DNA of 64,000 bases, taken from NCBI GenBank assembly GCA_016199985.1, contig JACQFQ010000020.1, positions 84,978 to 148,977 of the forward strand. Direction: 5' to 3'. The DNA is from Verrucomicrobiota bacterium (GTDB lineage: Bacteria > Verrucomicrobiota > Verrucomicrobiia > Limisphaerales > UBA11320). Position 1 is the stretch's first letter. Every line of letters starts with the position of its first letter. A model generated the notes under the pieces. It was not told the origin of the DNA, did not search any database, and saw nothing but the letters and a program-made list of their open reading frames with translations. The translations under genes were made by a program, and so were the position numbers. Positions 48,626 to 56,400 of the stretch are shown here, in pieces.

Positions 48626-49449
48626 GCCGACGCGGACAGGCCCTATTTTTTGCGCCCGGGATGCTGGTGTTCGCGCTCTTCGTCCTTCTGCCCGCCACGC
48701 AGACCTGGGTGGACTCGGTTGTCGTCTGGAAACAAGGACGCGCGGAGTGGCTCGGATTGGGGCTCTACAAAATGGCCCTCGCGGACGGACGTTTCCAGCG
48801 CGCGCTCGGAAGCAACCTCGTCTACTTCCTATGGACCCTGCTCTTCGAGGTCGTCGCCGGACTCATGCTCGCCCTCGGCCTTGAAAGAAACACGCGATGG
48901 AACCAATGGCTCCGGGTGATCTTCTTTGCTCCCGCGGTCCTTTCGATGGTGGTGGTGGGACTGGTGTTTGGATTTCTGTTCAAGGACGGCGTCGGCCTCC
49001 TGCCCGGTTGGTTGAACGAGGGGAACGCCCTGCTGACGGTGTCGCTGATCTCGGGCTGGGCTTCGGCGGGATTCTTCATGGTGATTTTTCTGGGAGGCCT
49101 CGCGGGGATTCCAGAGGACGTTCTCGAGGCCGCGCGGCTCGACGGCGCGAGCGCCTGGCAGACCTTCTGGTTCGTCAAGCTGCCCTTGCTGCGCGAGGTG
49201 GTTTATGTGGCCTTGCTCGTGTGCTTCACCGGGGCGTTCAAGGCGTTCGACCTGTTTTGGGTCCTCTTTCGGAATCAGGAGGAAGGAACAATCGTGGGCA
49301 CCTTGCTCGTCCGGGAGTTCTTCCAGTATGGGCATCCCGCCTACGGCAGCGCTCTCTCCGCGATCCTGGCGGCCGTGGTGACGGCGGGAACAATCCTGGG
49401 AATGAAGGCGCTGCGCTGGGGCCTGGATCGATCATGGAGGTCGCGATGA
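48622..49449 (+). CDS. Carbohydrate ABC transporter permease (MalF/UgpA-like)
   Basis: Six helices. EAA loop EAARLDGASAWQTFWFVKLPLL. It overlaps the SBP stop by 4 nt. Confidence 0.85.
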   Translation: MSRRGQALFFAPGMLVFALFVLLPATQTWVDSVVVWKQGRAEWLGLGLYKMALADGRFQRALGSNLVYFLWTLLFEVVAGLMLALGLERNTRWNQWLRVIFFAPAVLSMVVVGLVFGFLFKDGVGLLPGWLNEGNALLTVSLISGWASAGFFMVIFLGGLAGIPEDVLEAARLDGASAWQTFWFVKLPLLREVVYVALLVCFTGAFKAFDLFWVLFRNQEEGTIVGTLLVREFFQYGHPAYGSALSAILAAVVTAGTILGMKALRWGLDRSWRSR

Positions 49450-50297
49450 CGCGCTCCTCGGCGACGGCGGCGCGCGCGACCCTCGGCGACCGGCTCATGC
49501 GTCCGCTGTGGATTCTCGGCGCCCTGGCCTGCCTCTTCCCCGTGGCGTGGATGTTCCTGGGCAGCGTCAAGAAAACGAACCAAGAGCTCTACGACCACCC
49601 GTTTTCGCTGCCTCAATCCTGGGCCTGGGAGAACTACGCGCAAGCCGTCAGGGAAGGCCGGATGGGCGATTACCTGGTCAACTCCCTTCTCGTGGTCGCG
49701 CTGTCGGTGGTCGGAACGGTCGTGCTCGGAGCTTGGTCTGGATATGCGCTCGGCAAGCGCGACTTTCCATGGCGCGCGACCTGGCTGGGCGTCATTTTCC
49801 TCGGCTCCATCCTCCCCGTTCAAGCCACGCTGTTCCCGCTCATCCGCATTCTGCAAACCCTGGGGCTTCACGACAGCCTCTGGGCCCTGATCCTGGCTTA
49901 CATCGCGCAAAGCCTTCCTCCCGCAATCTGGCTTCTGGCGGCGTACTTCCAATCCATACCCCGGGATCTCGAGGAGGCCGCGCGCATCGACGGCGCGAGC
50001 GCCTGGCGCTTCTACACATCCATCCTCTTCCCGATCGCGAAGCCCGCCATCGCCACGGTCGTGGTGATCACCTGCCTCAACACATGGAACGAGTTCCTCC
50101 TCGCGATGCTTCTTGTCCTGGATCCCATGAAGAAGACGCTGCCCGCTGGAATGATCGCTTTCGAGGCGGCTCATAGCACCTTCTACCCCGCGCTGCTTGC
50201 GGGCCTCACGCTGATTTCCGTGCCCACTCTCATGGTCTACGCCCTCTTCAACCGCCAGGTGATGCGCGGGATGGTGGCGGGAGCGGTAAAATCATAG
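49446..50297 (+). CDS. Carbohydrate ABC transporter permease (MalG/UgpE-like)
   Basis: ATG 49446 overlaps the previous stop (ATGA). EAA loop EAARIDGASAWRFYTSILFPIAKP. Six helices. Confidence 0.85.
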   Translation: MTRSSATAARATLGDRLMRPLWILGALACLFPVAWMFLGSVKKTNQELYDHPFSLPQSWAWENYAQAVREGRMGDYLVNSLLVVALSVVGTVVLGAWSGYALGKRDFPWRATWLGVIFLGSILPVQATLFPLIRILQTLGLHDSLWALILAYIAQSLPPAIWLLAAYFQSIPRDLEEAARIDGASAWRFYTSILFPIAKPAIATVVVITCLNTWNEFLLAMLLVLDPMKKTLPAGMIAFEAAHSTFYPALLAGLTLISVPTLMVYALFNRQVMRGMVAGAVKS

Positions 50298-50308
50298 GCT
50301 GCGCTCCC

Positions 50309-51703
50309 ATGCAAACACAGAAGACCGACGAAACCGCCAGCCCATCGCAACACGCCCCCCTCTGGGGCGTGGTCGAAGGTTTCTACGGACGTCCCTGGAC
50401 CGCGGGCCAACGGGAGTCGTTGTGCGCTTGGATGAAGGGCCAGGGGCTGAACGCCTACCTCTACGCTCCGAAGGACGACCTGAAGCATCGGGCGCTCTGG
50501 CACGCCGCGTACACGCGCGACGAAGCCCGGGCCTTGAAAAGGCTGATAGCCCATTGCGATCGCCTCGGGGTGCGCTTCATCTACGGAATCGCGCCCGGGC
50601 TTTCAACGCGCTGGACGCCCAAGCAGGTTGAATCGCTCCTGCTCCGCAAAGTGGAATCGGTGCGGCGGCTCGGATGCCGGAGCTTCGCGCTGATGTTCGA
50701 CGACATCCCTTCCAAGGGCGCCGCTCAGTATCTCCGACGATATGGATCGTGGGTGAACGCGCACGTGGCCTGGTCCCGGCATGTGATCGAGGGAATCTCG
50801 AAGCGCCAACCGGACGCGCGCTTTCTCTTCTGCCCCACTCCTTACTGCGGCAGCTTCGCCGGGGATGTGGCGCAGAACACTTATTTGCGGACGATCGGCG
50901 AGGACCTCCCCAACGCCGTGGATATCCTCTGGACAGGCAGCGATATCATCGCGCCCTCCATCGGCCTCGCGGAGATCCGAGCCGTCGCGCGCGTTCTGCG
51001 CCGTCCGCCGACGATCTGGGACAATTGGTTTGCGAACGACTATGACCTGCGACGCCTCCACCTCGGCCCTTACGCCAAACGGGACCCGCGAGTCCGCCGG
51101 GAGGTCCGAGGCATCCTGATCAACCCCAACACCGAATTCCGAGCCAACGATGTTCCGTTCCACACCTTCGCGTCGTTTGTTCGCGGAGGCGGAGGATGGA
51201 GCGAGGAATCAGCCTATCGCGACGCCCTGGACCAATGGCGTCCTCAGTTCCGCGACTGTCGCGGCGCGCTTCCCACGCGAAAGGAGCTGCGGACGCTGAC
51301 GGACTGTCTGCACCTGCCGTTCGCCTCGGGCAAGCTCGCGGCCAAGCTCCTCCGCGACCTGCCGTCCGCCCTCGCCTCAACCACGTCGGCCGGCCACGCG
51401 GCCCGGGCTCGCATTCGCAAAACCGCCCGGGCGCTGCTTCAATGGCAAACACGAATCACGGAGCTGCGGGACAGGGAGCTGTCCTACACCCTCTATCGTC
51501 ATGTGTGGGAGCTGAAAGAGGAAATGGATCTGTTCCAGAGATATTTCGATTGGATGGAAAGCGCGACCGCTCGACGGTCCGCGTTTCGATCGCCCTTCCA
51601 TCAGGTCGGGACGTATCGCGGCGGCTTCGTCGCGTCCTTGCAACGCCATCTCGAGCTCGCGGCGGCAGGCGGGTTTCGCCCCGCGACGCGGCCCGTGAGC
51701 TGA
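50309..51703 (+). CDS. GH84 beta-N-acetylglucosaminidase (O-GlcNAcase-like), cytoplasmic
   Basis: WGVVEGFYGRPWT, YLYAPKDD, FIYGIAPG, the catalytic Asp pair in FALMFDDIP (D131-D132, 50699-50704), FCPTPYCG, ILWTGSDII and IWDNWFANDY. There is no signal peptide. Confidence 0.8.
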   Translation: MQTQKTDETASPSQHAPLWGVVEGFYGRPWTAGQRESLCAWMKGQGLNAYLYAPKDDLKHRALWHAAYTRDEARALKRLIAHCDRLGVRFIYGIAPGLSTRWTPKQVESLLLRKVESVRRLGCRSFALMFDDIPSKGAAQYLRRYGSWVNAHVAWSRHVIEGISKRQPDARFLFCPTPYCGSFAGDVAQNTYLRTIGEDLPNAVDILWTGSDIIAPSIGLAEIRAVARVLRRPPTIWDNWFANDYDLRRLHLGPYAKRDPRVRREVRGILINPNTEFRANDVPFHTFASFVRGGGGWSEESAYRDALDQWRPQFRDCRGALPTRKELRTLTDCLHLPFASGKLAAKLLRDLPSALASTTSAGHAARARIRKTARALLQWQTRITELRDRELSYTLYRHVWELKEEMDLFQRYFDWMESATARRSAFRSPFHQVGTYRGGFVASLQRHLELAAAGGFRPATRPVS

Positions 51704-51707
51704 TCGC

Positions 51708-52319
51708 ATGAGAATCCGCGGCTACACAAAGCAAGACGAGGCCGGCGCCTATGCGGTCTGCCTTCAAACAGGGGATGCCGGCGCGGACGCCACGCGTCTC
51801 TACGACGACCCGCGCGCCTTGGGCGACATCTACGTGGGGCCCTACCTGAGCCTGGAGCCCGAGCTCAGCTTGGTGCTCGAAGACACGGAGGGCGTCTGCG
51901 GCTATTGCCTGGGCGCGTTGGACACGCCGCGATTTTTCGGCAGGTTGCTCGCCGAGTGGCTGCCGCTGTTGCAAGAACTGCATCCGGAGCCTTCGGGAGA
52001 TCCGAAATCCTGGACAGCGACCCAGCGATTGCGTCGCGAACTGCATCACCCCGACCTCTTTTATCCGGAGCCCATTGCGGACTATCCGTCGCACATGCAC
52101 ATCGACCTGCTGCCCCGCGCCCAGGGACAGGGGTGGGGGCGCCGCATGGTGGAGGAGCTGGAGTCGCGTCTCCGGACAAGAGGATCGCCCGGGGTTCATC
52201 TGGGAATGTGGGCGCGCAATGAGCGGGCTTTTCGTTTCTACACGAAGCTCGGATTCCGCGAAATCACACGAGTGGGCGAAGGCGACCGGGCCAGCCTTTA
52301 CCTGGGGAAAAGACTGTGA
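51708..52319 (+). CDS. GNAT-family N-acetyltransferase
   Basis: 203 aa. YPSHMHIDLLPRAQGQGWGRRMVEEL (the acetyl-CoA-binding Q/RxxGxG/A motif), then ERAFRFYTKLGF. It starts 4 nt after the GH84 stop. Confidence 0.8.
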   Translation: MRIRGYTKQDEAGAYAVCLQTGDAGADATRLYDDPRALGDIYVGPYLSLEPELSLVLEDTEGVCGYCLGALDTPRFFGRLLAEWLPLLQELHPEPSGDPKSWTATQRLRRELHHPDLFYPEPIADYPSHMHIDLLPRAQGQGWGRRMVEELESRLRTRGSPGVHLGMWARNERAFRFYTKLGFREITRVGEGDRASLYLGKRL

Positions 52320-53401
52320 AGAACTGGCTGAAAAAGCATCGCAGGATCCGTTTCACGCTGCTCTGTCTCGCGCTCGCCGCGGGATTGAGCGGCTGCGCCA
52401 CGACGCAGTACTACTGGCAGGCGCTCAGCGGACAGGTCGCCCTCCTGAGCCGGCAGGAGAGGATTGAGCGCGTGCTCGAGCGAACGGACATCAGCCCGGC
52501 GCTGCGCGAGAAGCTTCTCGAGACTCTGGATCTCCGGCAATTTGCCGAGAAGGAGCTGCGCCTTCCCGTCGATGGCCAGTATCGCAATTACGCCGATGTT
52601 CGGCGCCGCTTCGTCGTTTGGAATGTTCATGCGGCGCCGGCGTTTTCCCTGGAGGCGCGGACCTGGTGGTATCCGTGGGTCGGGCGGCTCAAGTACCGCG
52701 GTTACTTCCGCGAGGACGCGGCTCGCCGGCTCGCCGCCGAGATCGCGGCGCGAGGCGACGACGTCTACGTGGGGGGCGTGGAAGCCTATTCCACGCTGGG
52801 CTGGTTCAGGGATCCCATCCTCAACACTTTCATCCATCACGACAGCGCGGATCTCGCCGAGATCTTGTTCCATGAGCTGGCTCATCAGCAGTTGTTCATC
52901 AGCGGCGACACCGACTTCAACGAGGCTTTCGCCGTGTCGGTGGCGCAGGAAGGAACGCGGCGCTGGCTGCGCGCCCGCAAGACCGCCGCCGATATTGATC
53001 GTTACGACGAGGATCTTCGCAAGGAGCGGGCTTTCATCCACGTCGTGCTGAACGCGCGCGCCCAGCTGAACGCGCTGTATCGATCCGGAGCCGGGTCGGA
53101 ACCCGCCCGCCTCCGTTCCCGCAAGGAAGCGCTCATTGAGGAGATGCGACAGGCCCACGAGGCGCTGCGAACCGGCTGGGGAGGCGTCTCTCCGTACGAC
53201 GCCTGGTTTTCAAAGCCCGTGAACAACGCGCGGCTCAACACGGTGGCCACGTATCAGGATCTCGTGCCCGGCTTTGAAAAACTCCTCGCCGCCTGCGGCG
53301 GCGATCTCCCAAAGTTCTACGCGGCGGTCAAGCAACTCGGGATCCGATCTCAGGCGGAGAGGCGCTTGGCGCTGGAGCGCGCTCCGAAGCCTGAGAAATA
53401 G
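52316..53401 (+). CDS. Lipoprotein zinc aminopeptidase-like protein (DUF2265 / putative aminopeptidase family)
   Basis: The GTG start overlaps the GNAT stop (GTGA). Lipobox LAAGLSGC. VVWNVHAAPAFSLEARTWWYPWVGRLKYRGYF, VYVGGVEAYSTLGWFRDPIL, and the HExxH-type FHELAHQQLF followed by FNEAFA. Confidence 0.78.
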   Translation: MKNWLKKHRRIRFTLLCLALAAGLSGCATTQYYWQALSGQVALLSRQERIERVLERTDISPALREKLLETLDLRQFAEKELRLPVDGQYRNYADVRRRFVVWNVHAAPAFSLEARTWWYPWVGRLKYRGYFREDAARRLAAEIAARGDDVYVGGVEAYSTLGWFRDPILNTFIHHDSADLAEILFHELAHQQLFISGDTDFNEAFAVSVAQEGTRRWLRARKTAADIDRYDEDLRKERAFIHVVLNARAQLNALYRSGAGSEPARLRSRKEALIEEMRQAHEALRTGWGGVSPYDAWFSKPVNNARLNTVATYQDLVPGFEKLLAACGGDLPKFYAAVKQLGIRSQAERRLALERAPKPEK

Positions 53402-53465
53402 GGCCTGGGCTGCCAGCCCTGCGTCACCCGTCCCTTCCAATATCCCGGACGTCCCAGCGTCCCCG

Positions 53466-56400
53466 CTAAGGTCCTCGGAGGCGGAAGTAGCGCTCCGGAG
53501 CCACGGCGTCGACCGGGACGATGATCTGTCCGTTGACCTGCTGCGCCGCGTTCGTGACGGTCATCCAAGCAATGGGCGGTTGCAGGTTTGTCGCGCATTC
53601 CAAGGTGTAGCCACCCACCCCGGCGGGCCACGCGATCTGGGTCAGGGGTCCGGCCTGTTGGATCTGCAACGACGCGGGGTTGAACACGGAGATCGACACA
53701 GGGGCCGAAGCGTTCGTCCCGCCGTCGCTATCGGTGGCCACCGCGGTGAGCAGATGCGTTCCTCCGGCAGGGTCGGGCCATAGGATTCCAAACGGGGCGG
53801 CGCCCAGTGAGCCCAGGCTCGCGCCGTCGGAGAAAAACTCCATCTTGGCGATGCTGGCGTAGGCTGAGCTCGCGACGGCAGTCAAAGGAACGTTCGTGGG
53901 AGTGAAGAAAACAGCGCCCGGGTCCGGCTGCGTCAACGCCACCGTGGGCGGCGCGACGCCGATCCCGCTCAACTCGAGATCAAAGCTCAGATCGCCGCTG
54001 TGGATGCCGACCTGATGCACTTCCACCGCCAGCAGGTTCACCCCTTTGAGCAACTTTCCGGTGGGGAGCAGCACTGAGTTGAAGCTGTTCTCCGCCGCGC
54101 CCGTGATGTTGGTCAGGGCCAACGTGGAAAAGGTCACCGCTCCGGCGGGCATGTTGTTCCGCCAGATCTCCTCCCCGTTCAGATAAACCACGACGCCGTC
54201 GTCGCGCAGCACGCGGAGCAGAATGCCGCTGGCTTGAATGGAGTTTGTGAACGAGCGCCGGAAGTAGTAGGTGATGTGGTTCTGAAATGGATTCGGGCCT
54301 TCGTCCAGCAACGTCGCCTCGTCGCCGTCGCCGTAGCCCAACTGCGCGGGCCCGCTCTTCCATCGCGGTCGATAATGGGGCGCGACCCAATCGGACCCGA
54401 GATCCGCCCCAGCGTCATTGTAGCTCCACACGGACCCCGCCGGGATCCATGTGAAAACGGATCCTTGAGCCGGAAGAACGATGACCCGCACAGGGGCGGA
54501 GGCGCCGGTCAGACCGCCGGAGTCCGTGGCGGTGGCCGCGACGTTGTAGTCCCCGGGAACGATATTGCTCCACAGGAGGCCGTAGGGCGGGGCGGAATCG
54601 AAGCCGATCAGCGCGCCGTTCGCGTAGAAACTCACCGTCAGCCCCTGGGGATCGTCGTCGGTCACCGTCGCGAGGAACTTGACGCCGCCAGGCGCCTGCA
54701 CAATGACCGGATCGCCCGGCCCGGTCAGCGCGATGGTTGGAGCCTCGTTGCCAACGTTCACGCTGGCCTTCAACTCGAGATCGAACAGGAGATCGGGGCT
54801 GAACCCCACTGTGGGATGATTCTGATGCACCTCCACGGCGATGACGTTCGTTCCTTCGACAAGGAGGCCGGGATTCAGGCTCGCGATGACGGGAATGGTT
54901 TCCCCGAGCCCGCTGATGGCCGTGGAGGCCTCGGTGAGGTAGCTGATCGTTCCGCGCAGAGGCATGTTGTTGCTGAAAGCGCGCTGGCCATTGATGTAGA
55001 CCACGGCGCCGTCGTCGCGGATGAGACGAGCGTTGAGGTCTGAGATATGGTCGGCGTTCGCCACCACGATCTTCTTCCGAAAATAGAACGTGGTGTATCC
55101 GTTGGCCGCCAGGCCGATGGTGGTGTCCTCCTTGCCGCCAAAGCCAAGGATGCCCAGGCCCGAGGACCACCCGGCGTCATTGTAGGCCGACGCGCGCCAT
55201 GCCGTGCCCAGATCTCCGCCATGAGCGTTGTATTTCCAGTTCGATCCGAACGGAACCAACGTCGCGATGCTCGAGAGCCCAGCGGTTCGGAAGCTCCAAA
55301 CGGGTCCCGCGTTGGTGATCCCTGAGCGCTTCACGTCGACGCGCCAGTAGTAATCGGTTCCCGCAGCCAGCAACGGAAGAGGCCAGGAAGCATTGCTGGT
55401 GGATCCTAGGAAATCCTCCGCCGCGGGCACAGGGTTGGTCCCCAGGTAGACATCGAAGGTGGTCGCCGCCGCGGACCCCGCCACGACGCGAATACTGTCC
55501 AGGCGGACGTTCAGATAACCGAGCTGATCATCCTCCACAAACGCGAGGCGGATGGTTTTCCCCTTGTAGGCGCCCAGGTAGTTGGTGCGCTGAACCCAGT
55601 CTGCGAGCAGCGAGTCGCCCGGCTGGGAGGCGTAAAGTGTCCAGAGCACTTGATTGTCGTCAGGATCGCGCGCTTCGACGCGGAACTGCTGGGACTGAGG
55701 CTTGAACTCCCCAGCATAGTTTCGAATGCGATCGGCCCAGGAGACCATCACAGTCGTGGCGCCGGAGGGAATCGCTATGTCCTGCCACAGCTCGTGATGC
55801 CCGTTTCCAAATTGGGACGATAGCGCGCTGAACCCGCCGGCGAATGGGGGCTGCGGGCCTTCGGGCGATGGAGGGTCAAAGCTCCCGTTGTCCACCAGGA
55901 ATCCCCCGGCGCCCGTGTCCGAACGCGACCATCCCGTCAGGTCCCCGGTCTCAAAATCCCCGTTCACCAGCAGATCCCCCTCGATGCGGTCCCACGAGAG
56001 GGCGATCTTCGTCGGGATGTCGTCCGAGAGATCGGGCGGATAGGGGTGGGAAGGATCCGGCGGGCCGTCGTTGTCGAACAAGAAGGATCCGCCTTGTCCC
56101 GCGGTGAAGCCCGGCGCGGTGGCCGTAAGAGTCGCGATACGCAGGGGATCAATGACGTTGTTGTCCCCGACGAACAGGTGGAAATGAGCGTTGGTTTGAC
56201 CCGGGAGGATGGTGACCGGGCCGATGGGGATGTAATCGAAGCCCAGGTTCGCCGAGAAAGAAACGACCACGTTGGTCGGCACAGTGCCCGTGAGGCGCAC
56301 CTCGCAGGCGTTGGACAACAGACCCGCGCCCTCCCCCACGAAGAACGGGGCGATGACGGTGAGGGTGGGGGCCTCATCGTCCAGAATCAGGATGTTGTTG

